16,094 nucleotides of DNA from Candidatus Velthaea sp. (lineage in GTDB: Bacteria > Vulcanimicrobiota > Vulcanimicrobiia > Vulcanimicrobiales > Vulcanimicrobiaceae). The position numbers and the translations under genes are program-made. The stretch spans positions 1-16,094 of the forward strand of contig JBEKHC010000108.1 in the NCBI GenBank assembly GCA_050012475.1, in the 5' to 3' direction. Position 1 is the stretch's first letter. Each line of letters starts with the position of its first letter. Below the pieces are notes generated by a model that worked only from the letters and a program-made list of their open reading frames with translations, did not search any database and was not told the DNA's origin. This document shows, piece after piece, positions 5,937 through 13,940 of the stretch.

Positions 5937-7637
5937 ATGATACGGGGCAAGCATGGCTCCCCCAACGATCGCGCGCCGAAACTTCACGACCCAAAGCGAC
6001 AGCGGCGCGGCCGCCCCGCGGCGATCGTCGTAGTCCTGCCTCGAACGAGCGGCGTCCGGGCTCTGATCGCGCTCTTGCTGAGCGCTGCGACGTTCTGTAT
6101 GACGGCGTGCTCGGGTGCGGCGGCGGCCCGCCGGCCGGATACGCTCGTCGTGGTCTATCCCGCCGACGCCAACACGCTCAACCCGCTCTACGCCAATAAC
6201 GAACCCGCCTTTCTCTACTACTACCTCGTTTTCGAGGGTCTCACCGGCGTCGGGCGCAGCTTCGCTGTCACGCCGGCGCTTGCGACCAGCTGGAAAAGCA
6301 CCGCCGATCACCTTCACTGGGACGTCGATCTCCGGCGCGGCGTCACCTGGTCGGATGGCGCCCCGTTCGATTCGCGCGATGTGGTGTTCACGTGGAAGAC
6401 GATGCTGGATCCGGCGGCAGCCTTTCTGTACGCCGGACAATTTGCTTACGTGAAACGGGTCGTCGCGCGCGGACCCTACCGCGTTCATTTCGACTTGAGC
6501 CAGCCGAACGTGCTGTTTCTCTCGCAGGGCCTGTATTCGGCGATCTTGCCGGTCCATATTCTGGGCAAGATTCCGCCGGCGCAGCAGCGCATCTCGTCGT
6601 TCGGCCAGCACCCGATCGGGACCGGCCCGTACATCCTCCAAAGCTGGCATCACGACGACGCGCTTCGATTCGTCCGCAATCCGCACTGGTGGCACGGCCC
6701 GGCAAACATTCCCACCATCGAGTTTCGCATCGTGCTCAGCAACAACGCGCGGGTCGACGCGATGATCGACGGTTCGGCCGATCTCTATCCCTCGATGGCT
6801 CCCGCCGACTACCGTTCGCTACGCACGGCCGCTGGGCAATTGACGTTTTACGACGTGCCGGACCTGTACGACCGCTTCATGCTCGTCAACAACGTGCTCC
6901 CGGGTCTCAAGGATGTGACCGTGCGCCGAGCCATGATGTACGGCTGGGATCGCGATGCCGTCGCCGAGGGTTTGTATCACGGTGACGTCATCGTCAACGA
7001 CTCCATCACCCCCTGGGCACTAACGACCTATCACGCTACCGACGTGGTGCACTACGGGTTCGACCCTCAGCGCGCAGCCGCCATGCTGGATGCGGCCGGA
7101 TGGCGGCGCGGCCCCGACGGCGTGCGGCGGCGCGGGAACATCCGGCTGGCCTTCACGCTCAAGCTGCCGACGGGGAGTTCGCAGCTCACCAATGTCTGCG
7201 CCGCGTTCCAAGCCGACATGCGCGCGATCGGAATCGGAATCGACCTCCAGCAACTCGACTACGCGACATTCATCGATCAAACGAACAACGTGCAGTACGA
7301 GATCGCGTTTACGGGCTGGGGCGGGGTGCCGGATCCCGACGAGTTCACCTTCCTCGATTCCTCGCAGATGATTCCGATCGGCAACAACGAGTCGGGCTAT
7401 CGCAACGCGCGCGTCGATCGCGACCTGCGCGCCGGACTGCAGACGTTCGATACGTCCGCCCGTCGTTTGCTGTACGACGACTTCCAGCGAGTCATGAGCG
7501 AGACCGTTCCCGAACTGTGGGGCTACGACGAAAAGTTTAGTGCGGCATACTCGTCGCGCGTCCGCATCGACCCGCGCAACGCCCTGCCGGACTACTACTT
7601 TTTCTGGGACGTCTACGACTGGAGCCTCGCGCCGTGA
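5937..7637 (+). CDS. oppA: ABC transporter substrate-binding lipoprotein, family 5 (OppA/DppA-like); true start uncertain
   Basis: Lipobox-like LIALLLSAATFCMTA-C-SG; TLNPLYAN, PALATSW, LRRGVTWSDGAPFDSRDVVFTW, PIGTGPY, VRRAMMYGWDR motifs. Substrate cannot be read from sequence. Confidence 0.9.
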   Translation: MIRGKHGSPNDRAPKLHDPKRQRRGRPAAIVVVLPRTSGVRALIALLLSAATFCMTACSGAAAARRPDTLVVVYPADANTLNPLYANNEPAFLYYYLVFEGLTGVGRSFAVTPALATSWKSTADHLHWDVDLRRGVTWSDGAPFDSRDVVFTWKTMLDPAAAFLYAGQFAYVKRVVARGPYRVHFDLSQPNVLFLSQGLYSAILPVHILGKIPPAQQRISSFGQHPIGTGPYILQSWHHDDALRFVRNPHWWHGPANIPTIEFRIVLSNNARVDAMIDGSADLYPSMAPADYRSLRTAAGQLTFYDVPDLYDRFMLVNNVLPGLKDVTVRRAMMYGWDRDAVAEGLYHGDVIVNDSITPWALTTYHATDVVHYGFDPQRAAAMLDAAGWRRGPDGVRRRGNIRLAFTLKLPTGSSQLTNVCAAFQADMRAIGIGIDLQQLDYATFIDQTNNVQYEIAFTGWGGVPDPDEFTFLDSSQMIPIGNNESGYRNARVDRDLRAGLQTFDTSARRLLYDDFQRVMSETVPELWGYDEKFSAAYSSRVRIDPRNALPDYYFFWDVYDWSLAP

Positions 7638-8590
7638 CCGCTTACATCGTGCGCCGGCTCTTGGGTTCGATCCCGCTGCTGCTGCTCGTTTCGCTCATTT
7701 CGTATGCGCTCATGGGATTGTCGCCCGGCGGCCCGGGCGCAATCCTGGGCCAGCAAGCGCACGGCCTAACGCCGGCGATGCGGGCGCAATTCATCGCCCA
7801 ACTCGGGCTGGACAAACCATGGTACGTGCAGTATTTCTTCTGGCTCGTCGCGCTCGTGCACGGCTCGCTGGGCTACTCGTTCGTCGACGGGCGGCCGGTG
7901 CTCGAAAAGATCGCCGAACGACTGCCCATCACGCTCGAAGTGCTGACCCTGTCGCTGATCTTGACGCTCGCGATCGCCATTCCGATCGGCGTGCAGGCGG
8001 CCACCAAACGCGGCTCCTGGTTCGATCATCTTTCGTCTGCGCTCGCGTTCACCGCCTATGCGACGCCGGTGTTTTGGTTGGGCATCGTGCTCGTCGACGT
8101 GTTTGCGCTGCATTTGCGCTGGCTGCCGACCGCGGGGATCTCGTCGATCGGTCACGAGAACGACCTGCTCGACCGGCTGCGCCATCTCGTCCTTCCGGTC
8201 GCCGCGCTGACCATCGTGAGCTTCGCTTCGTGGATGCGCTACCAGCGCGGTGCGATGATCGAAGCGCTCGCGGCGCCCTTCGTGCGCACGGCGCGCGCCA
8301 AAGGGCTCGCCGAACGCGTGGTCGTCTATCGGCATGCGCTCCGTAACGCGCTCATCCCGACCGTAACCCTGCTCGGCCTAACGCTTCCGGGACTGGTCGG
8401 CGGCGCCTATTTCGTCGAATACGTGTTCTCGCTGCCGGGGATGGGATTGCTCGGAATCGACTCCGTCTTCAGCCGCGATTATCCCACGGTCATGGGCATC
8501 ACGATGCTCTCGGCAATTTTGGTCGTGCTGGGCAACCTGCTGGCCGATGTGCTGTACGCCTTCGTCGACCCGCGCATCCGGTACGAATGA
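7634..8590 (+). CDS. oppB: ABC transporter permease (OppB/DppB-like)
   Basis: GTGA overlap with upstream stop; YIVRRLL, LGLDKPWYVQY, GSLGYSF, EAA loop FVRTARAKGLAERVVVYRHALRNAL, end NLLADVLYAFVDPRIRY. Confidence 0.95.
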   Translation: MTAYIVRRLLGSIPLLLLVSLISYALMGLSPGGPGAILGQQAHGLTPAMRAQFIAQLGLDKPWYVQYFFWLVALVHGSLGYSFVDGRPVLEKIAERLPITLEVLTLSLILTLAIAIPIGVQAATKRGSWFDHLSSALAFTAYATPVFWLGIVLVDVFALHLRWLPTAGISSIGHENDLLDRLRHLVLPVAALTIVSFASWMRYQRGAMIEALAAPFVRTARAKGLAERVVVYRHALRNALIPTVTLLGLTLPGLVGGAYFVEYVFSLPGMGLLGIDSVFSRDYPTVMGITMLSAILVVLGNLLADVLYAFVDPRIRYE

Positions 8591-9513
8591 TGCGATCGGC
8601 AATCCGACGCTTCGGGCGCGAACGTTCCGCGGTTGCGGGCCTCATCATCGTCTGCGCGGTCGTGCTTTGCGCCGCGTTCGGCCCCGTCGTGTATCCCGCT
8701 TCGCCGATCGCAATCAACCATGCGCTGATGGGCTCGCCGACCGGCCCGTCGCCGGCCCACGTGCTGGGCACTGACCTGCTCGGCCGCGATGAACTTGCGC
8801 GCGCGTTTTCCGGCGCGCGCGTGTCGCTGACGGTGGGCGTGATCGCCATGCTCATCGCGATCGTCGTGGGCACGGTGTACGGTGCGATCTCGGGCGCAGC
8901 GGGCGGACGCGTCGACGCCTTGATGATGCGGTTGGTCGACGCACTGCTCGCGTTTCCGTCGTTCTTTCTGATCATCACCGTCGAAGCGCTGACCGAGAAG
9001 TTCGCGCTCGCGCTCATCATCGTCATCATCGGACTGCTCTCCTGGATGGGCGTCGCGCGGCTGGTGCGCGGCGAAGTCCTCTCGCTGCGCGAACGGGACT
9101 TTGTCGAAGCCGCTCGGGCGCTCGGCGCAAGTCCGCGGCGCGTTCTGTTCCGGCATCTCATTCCCAACGCGTTGACGCCGGTCGTCGTTGCCGCTACGCT
9201 CGCTGTCGGCGACAACATCCTCGTCGAAGCGGGCCTGTCGTTTTTGGGACTCGGCGTGCAGCCGCCGACTGCGTCGTGGGGAAACATGCTGCAGGACGCG
9301 CTGACGCCCGATGCCCAGAACGCCTCGTGGCTGGTGCTGACGCCGGGATTGGCGATCGTCTTGACGCTGCTCGGCTTCAGCTTGCTGGGCGACGGTCTGC
9401 AAGTCGTGCTCGACCGTTCGATCGGCCAGGAACAAGGCACGCCCGCGAACGAACCGCCGGTCGCGCTTGCCGCACCGTTCGCTGCGGAAAGCGGCTTCGC
9501 CGCCGGACCCTGA
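8587..9513 (+). CDS. oppC: ABC transporter permease (OppC/DppC-like)
   Basis: ATGA overlap; HVLGTDLLGRD, GARVSLTVG, EAA loop DFVEAARALGASPRRVLFRHLIPNAL, EAGLSFLGLGVQPPTASWGNML, LLGDGL. Confidence 0.95.
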   Translation: MMRSAIRRFGRERSAVAGLIIVCAVVLCAAFGPVVYPASPIAINHALMGSPTGPSPAHVLGTDLLGRDELARAFSGARVSLTVGVIAMLIAIVVGTVYGAISGAAGGRVDALMMRLVDALLAFPSFFLIITVEALTEKFALALIIVIIGLLSWMGVARLVRGEVLSLRERDFVEAARALGASPRRVLFRHLIPNALTPVVVAATLAVGDNILVEAGLSFLGLGVQPPTASWGNMLQDALTPDAQNASWLVLTPGLAIVLTLLGFSLLGDGLQVVLDRSIGQEQGTPANEPPVALAAPFAAESGFAAGP

Positions 9514-9537
9514 TGGACGCAAGCCAGAAGTCATGAA

Positions 9538-9977
9538 CTAGGAGCAGCCTTCGACGTAGGCTACCTGCGGAAGCGCGCCGGCATAGATCGTTTGGACGAC
9601 GTCGTTACGCAAGACGAAGATCACGCGATACTTTTGGCCGGCGTCGTCTTTGGGATCGACCGTGAGCGTCCGCAGCGCCGGATCGTACTTTCCCGCAGCA
9701 AGGTGCGCGCGGGAGCCGTAAAACGTTTGGACCCATCCTCGACCAAAAAGACGACGCCTGCCGGTTCGGCCGGCTGCAGGTGATAGCACGTACTGCCGCG
9801 CGCGGGCATGCCGGCACGAAAGGTCGTGCCGGTGGCCGCAGCTTGAGCCGGGCTCGTGCCAATCACAATTGGTCCGACACCGCTCGGACCAATGCGAGAG
9901 GCCGTGGAAAGCGCGGCCGCTGCGCCCCACGGCAGCGCCGCCAAAACCAGCGTGGCGCAAGCGACTCGCGCGAGCAA
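9538..9977 (-). pseudogene. Secreted hypothetical protein gene split by a frameshift near 9733
   Basis: From TTG 9977: signal peptide MLARVACATLVLAALPWGAAA then IGPSGVGPIVIG...CYHLQP...GVVFLVEDG. Protein-like sequence continues in another frame as VQTFYGSRAHLAAGKYDP...YRVIFVLRNDVVQTIYAGALPQVAYVEGCS to TAG 9538. Junction on the minus strand is GAG GAT GG|GTC CAA ACG. Confidence 0.7.
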
Positions 9978-9981
9978 CGTT

Positions 9982-10806
9982 TTAGTGCCTTCCGTTGCGG
10001 AGCTGACTCATGGAGAACACCGCCCCTTGTGCGTCGGCCACGACCGCTTGACGGAAGGCCGGCGTGTCGAACGGCGCAACGATGACCGCACCGCCGAGTT
10101 TCGCGACGCGTTCGACGGCAGCGTCGGTGTCGTCGATCCAGAAGTCGACGCTCCAGTGCGGGTCGATCGGCACCGGCGACGTTTTGTCGATCAGCATCAT
10201 GACCGCGACGACGTCGCGCGGAACGGGCTGCTGCGGTTCGCCGCCGACGTAGCCGGGGAGGCGGCACAGCGTTACTTTCATCGTGCCGGCATCGAACGGT
10301 TCGCTTTGCCAACCGAAGACCGAGCCGTAAAAAGCCGCTGCTTTCGCCAGATCGTCGGTATACAGCGCGCTCATCGCCCACGCACGCGGTTCGTTGACGC
10401 GCTGTGCTCCTTGCCTGGCGCGCGCTTCCCAAAGGCAAAAGACGGCGCCGCTCGGATCGGAGATTACGGCACCTCGGCCGGCCGGAAGCGCGTCGAACGG
10501 CTCGACGAGAACGCGTCCGCCGGCGTCCGCCGCTTTGCGTGCCGATTCTTCCACGCTGTCAACGCGAATTTGCGTTGACCACACCGCCGAAGGCCCAGCA
10601 CCGGCCGGAAGCGTCCCAATTCCGGCAACGTCGCGGTCCGCAACGCGGGCGACGAAATACTCGCCGTGGCGGTTGGGCATCGGGCCCGGCCCGTCGACGT
10701 CCCACGCAAAGAGGCTCGCGTAAAAATCCAGCGCCTCCCGCGGACGAGGCTGCAGCGTCTCGACCCAACACGGAACACCGGCGGGATAGGTTTCTCGCGT
10801 GCTCAT
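9982..10806 (-). CDS. Two-domain VOC (glyoxalase/bleomycin-resistance) family protein, 274 aa, Rv0577/Cfp32-like
   Basis: MSTRETYPAGVPCWVETLQPRPREALDFYASLFAW; GGRVLVEPFDALPAGRGAVISDPSGAVFCLWE; second repeat AAAFYGSVFGW...GGAVIVAPFDTPAFRQAVVADAQGAVFSMSQ. SD-like AAGGCGGT precedes ATG 10806. Confidence 0.9.
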   Translation of the reverse strand: MSTRETYPAGVPCWVETLQPRPREALDFYASLFAWDVDGPGPMPNRHGEYFVARVADRDVAGIGTLPAGAGPSAVWSTQIRVDSVEESARKAADAGGRVLVEPFDALPAGRGAVISDPSGAVFCLWEARARQGAQRVNEPRAWAMSALYTDDLAKAAAFYGSVFGWQSEPFDAGTMKVTLCRLPGYVGGEPQQPVPRDVVAVMMLIDKTSPVPIDPHWSVDFWIDDTDAAVERVAKLGGAVIVAPFDTPAFRQAVVADAQGAVFSMSQLRNGRH

Positions 10807-10895
10807 CTTGGGGTACCGCCTTTCCGGACGCTGACCACTGCGCAAATGCCGAACGTATCATTCAACGACAGACTGCGGGTCAAGTTCATATTCAT
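10803..10895 (-). CDS. Putative 30-aa small ORF MNMNLTRSLSLNDTFGICAVVSVRKGGTPR
   Basis: ATG overlaps the TetR stop (TAATG) and TGA overlaps the VOC start (ATGA); it fills the gap exactly. GAAAGGG lies 8 nt before the second Met. Confidence 0.45.
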   Translation of the reverse strand: MNMNLTRSLSLNDTFGICAVVSVRKGGTPR

Positions 10896-11524
10896 TACCC
10901 TTTCACGGAACGTTCGATGTTTGTTGAGGGAAATAGACTTTCCAAATACCGTCGGAGGTGACGCATGCAGTCGACAGCGACATCCGGGCTCTCACCGGCT
11001 TTGGCTAAAATAAACGCGCCTTGAACGACCGCTTGCGTGAAAAGACCCAGACTTTCGGCCGTCCACGGTGCATCGGGTACACACTGCTGCTTGGCTTCCG
11101 CTATATCGCGCGCGACGTCCGCCGCATGATCGCGGATGTGGGTGTTGCAGGCTTCGCGGATCGCGGGATGCGTCGCATACGTCTCTTGCACCATGGTACC
11201 GAGGAGGCAGGTAAAATCCGGAATTTCTCCGCGCAGCAGCGCGGCTCGAAAGTCCACATATCCCAAGAGACGTTCGCGTGCATCTGCAGCGTCCCGAAAC
11301 GAAGCCGCCGCGAACAGCGCGTCCGCTCGGGCCGCAAAGTGGGCCGCCGCTGCAAGCGCAAGCTCTTCCTTGCTCTTGAAGTGATGGAAGAAGCCGCCTT
11401 TGGTTACCCCGGCGGCCGCGCAAATGTCGTCAACCGTGGCGGCGGTGTAGCCTTTCGTGCGGATGATCCGCAAGGCTGCGTCGAGGATCTTCCCTTTCGT
11501 GTCAGACCGTGCCGCAGTTTCCAT
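10895..11524 (-). CDS. TetR/AcrR-family transcriptional regulator, 209 aa, NemR-like, five Cys
   Basis: HTH ILDAALRIIRTKGYTAATVDDICAAAGVTKGGFFHHFKSKEEL; C-terminal FTCLLGTMVQET and QGAFILAKA. Start placed downstream of the promoter and operator (GTG at 11530 is an alternative). Confidence 0.92.
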   Translation of the reverse strand: METAARSDTKGKILDAALRIIRTKGYTAATVDDICAAAGVTKGGFFHHFKSKEELALAAAAHFAARADALFAAASFRDAADARERLLGYVDFRAALLRGEIPDFTCLLGTMVQETYATHPAIREACNTHIRDHAADVARDIAEAKQQCVPDAPWTAESLGLFTQAVVQGAFILAKAGESPDVAVDCMRHLRRYLESLFPSTNIERSVKG

Positions 11525-11531
11525 CTTCACC

Positions 11532-11553
11532 TCATACCGACTGGTCGGTATGA
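11532..11553. promoter_or_regulatory. Palindromic operator, likely TetR autoregulatory site
   Basis: TCATACCGAC-TG-GTCGGTATGA: perfect 10-bp arms, overlapping the -10 box and predicted start site of the tetR promoter. Confidence 0.85.
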
Positions 11554-11578
11554 TACAAAATTGATGGATACGCGTCAA
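11550..11578 (-). promoter_or_regulatory. Sigma70-type promoter of the tetR-sORF-VOC unit
   Basis: Minus strand reads TTGACG (11578-11573), 17 nt, TATCAT (11555-11550). Confidence 0.8.
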
Positions 11579-11688
11579 GAGCCGGCCTACAGCCTACAAG
11601 CGATGGCCAGCCCGATTCGAGCGTCCGGCGACCTCTCGGGCGCGCTCTGCAGCCGCGGCGAGTTATCGCCGCATCCCGTGCAGCGAGT

Positions 11689-12291
11689 CTACTTTACGAG
11701 ACGCGTGGATTTGATGTAATCGAGCTTCGGAAAGGCTTGCGTAAGGTAGCTGTTGCCGGCATCGGCGATGCGCCCTTGATCGGGGCTTTCGCCGTAACCC
11801 GAATAGAGTTTGTCGACCACGTCCATGCCGCTGACCACCTTGCCCAACGGTGCGAAGCCCATACCGTCCAGCCGCGCATTGTCGCCGTAATTGATGAACA
11901 GCTGCGTAGTGCGGCTATTTGGTTCGCTCGTCGCCGCGAAGGTGACGGTGCCGCGCACGTTGCTCCCGCCGACGGGATCGTCGGGAATCGCGTCTTTCCA
12001 TTTCTTGGTCATGGCAGGGTCAGCAGCGTAGCCCCACTGAACGACGAAGCCCGGCACGACGCGATAAAAGCGCGCGCCGTCGAAGAAGTGTTGTTTGACG
12101 AGATCGTACAGCCGGTCGGCCCCGTGCGGCGCCTGCGCGCGAACCACCAGCATGACGAAATCGCCCTGTGACGTATCGAATTTAACCCGATAACGCGCCG
12201 GAGCATCGGCGCTCATCGCACCACTGGGCGCCAGCAGCGCAGCCGCCGCGAGAAGTGCGGTCATCAGCAGAGATCGGCCACGCGTCATCAT
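11689..12291 (-). CDS. Cyclophilin-type peptidyl-prolyl cis-trans isomerase with signal peptide, about 200 aa
   Basis: [28 protein letters not shown] leader; APHGADRLYDLV, FFDGARFYRVVPGFVVQWG, GTVTFAATSEPNSRTTQLFINYGDNARLD, GKVVSGMDVVDKL. Start overlaps the glpD stop (GTGATGATG; GTG 12294 or ATG 12291/12288). Confidence 0.92.
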   Translation of the reverse strand: MMTRGRSLLMTALLAAAALLAPSGAMSADAPARYRVKFDTSQGDFVMLVVRAQAPHGADRLYDLVKQHFFDGARFYRVVPGFVVQWGYAADPAMTKKWKDAIPDDPVGGSNVRGTVTFAATSEPNSRTTQLFINYGDNARLDGMGFAPLGKVVSGMDVVDKLYSGYGESPDQGRIADAGNSYLTQAFPKLDYIKSTRLVK

Positions 12292-13940
12292 CACTCGGCT
12301 GCGTTCCGCCGCAACGCGCGCCACGTCCTTGCGATCGAAGCGACGGACGCTTCGGTGCCGCGGGCGATCGTGCCGAATCCCGCGATCTCGGCAGCGATCC
12401 ATTCCGCCGGCATCCCACGCTCGGCGCCGATGATGCGCGCCACGTCGGGAGCGGCCGCCAGACTTGCTGCTTCATCGAGAAAAAGCGCGCGGGTGCGGCG
12501 AGCAAGGACGTCATCGACCGTCCGCGCCATTTCGGCGCGCACTGCGTATACCGCATGCGCCCGCGTGTACGGCAGCCGATCGTCGAGCTTGACGGCCAGC
12601 GCCGGATCGGCGGCGGCGAGCGCGTCGATTTCAGGCGCGTCGGTCCCATACACGCGCAACGCATCGGCTGCGGGCTGCAATCGAATGACTTCCGCGTTTG
12701 TTCCGGCTCCGTGCAGCAACGTCTGCGCGGTCACGCACGGGCGCGGCGGCAACGTTCCGCGCGCGCCGGCAGCGTCGACGACGTCCTGCGCCATGCGCCG
12801 ATACGTCGTCCATTTCCCGCCCGTCACGGTGATCAGCCCGGTCGTCGACGTCTCGATCGTGTGTTCGCGCGAAAGCTTCGCGGTCGTCGCAACGGCGCTG
12901 TGATTGACGAGCGGACGCAGCCCGGCAAACGCGGCGCGAATATCGGACCGCCCGACCGGCGCGTGCACGTAGCGGTTGAGATGTTCGAGCAGATAATCGA
13001 TCTCCGCCGCTGCGGGCGTCGGATCGAGCTCGGCACGTTCCGCGGGAATATCCGTCGTGCCGACGACGACGCGGTCGTGCCAGGGAATCGCGAACAGGAC
13101 GCGGCCGTCGTCCGTTTTAGGAATCATGAGGGCCCAGTCCGCGCCCAGTACCGCCCGATCGAAGACGAGATGCGTACCGCGGCTGAGCGCCAGCAGCGGC
13201 GGCGCATCCGGCACGTCAAGCGCGCGCAGGGTGTCGACGAAGATCCCCGTCGCGTTCACGACGACGGTCGCGCGGATCGTTAGTTCGATTCCGGTTTCGA
13301 GGTCGGCCGCGACCACGCCGGCGATGCGTCCGCAATCGTACACGAAACGTTCGGCGCGCACGTAATTGGCGACGACGGCGCCGTTTTCGGCGGCTGTTCG
13401 CGCGAGCGCGATCGCCAACCGCGCGTCGTCGAACTGTCCGTCGTGATATTCGACGCCGCCGAACAGACGTTGTCCGTCGACATTCGGCACGCGTGCGAGC
13501 ACACCCGATTTGCCCAGTATTCGACTGCGCCCGAAGTCCGAGCGGCCGGCGAGCAGATCGTATGCCGTCAGCCCGGCGGCATAATACGCGGTTGCGAACG
13601 CATCGAACGTCGGCAGCACGAAGCCGAGGTCGTGAACGAGATGCGGTGCATTCGAACGTAACAGCGTGCGTTCGTGGAGCGCTTCGCGAACCAACCCGAT
13701 CTCGCCGCTCTGCAGATAGCGCACACCGCCGTGCACGAGTTTGGTCGAACGGCTCGAGGTGGCTTTCGCGAAGTCGGCAGCTTCGATGAGCGCCGTGCGG
13801 TAACCGCGCAGGGCGGCATCGACGGCCGTGCCCAGGCCGGTCGCGCCCCCGCCGACGACGAGCAGGTCGAACGGCTCGCTCTCCAGTCGAGTGACGCTTG
13901 CCGCCCGGTCCAGCGGCCGCGCTGCCGGTGCGCGCGTCAT
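12291..13940 (-). CDS. glpD: FAD-dependent glycerol-3-phosphate dehydrogenase/oxidase, 549 aa
   Basis: [13 protein letters not shown] (FAD binding), [60 protein letters not shown] overlap with the glpK stop. Confidence 0.93.
   Translation of the reverse strand: MTRAPAARPLDRAASVTRLESEPFDLLVVGGGATGLGTAVDAALRGYRTALIEAADFAKATSSRSTKLVHGGVRYLQSGEIGLVREALHERTLLRSNAPHLVHDLGFVLPTFDAFATAYYAAGLTAYDLLAGRSDFGRSRILGKSGVLARVPNVDGQRLFGGVEYHDGQFDDARLAIALARTAAENGAVVANYVRAERFVYDCGRIAGVVAADLETGIELTIRATVVVNATGIFVDTLRALDVPDAPPLLALSRGTHLVFDRAVLGADWALMIPKTDDGRVLFAIPWHDRVVVGTTDIPAERAELDPTPAAAEIDYLLEHLNRYVHAPVGRSDIRAAFAGLRPLVNHSAVATTAKLSREHTIETSTTGLITVTGGKWTTYRRMAQDVVDAAGARGTLPPRPCVTAQTLLHGAGTNAEVIRLQPAADALRVYGTDAPEIDALAAADPALAVKLDDRLPYTRAHAVYAVRAEMARTVDDVLARRTRALFLDEAASLAAAPDVARIIGAERGMPAEWIAAEIAGFGTIARGTEASVASIARTWRALRRNAAE

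Noticed and set aside
10840..10870. Second ECF42 promoter before the VOC gene (TGTCGT on the minus strand)
   Set aside because: Mismatch in the -35 and no CG(A/T)C at 16-17 nt spacing.
11655..11672. Hairpin GCGGCGA-GTTA-TCGCCGC after the cyclophilin stop as an intrinsic terminator
   Set aside because: 7-bp stem but no U-tract on the minus strand; at most a stabilising or pause hairpin.
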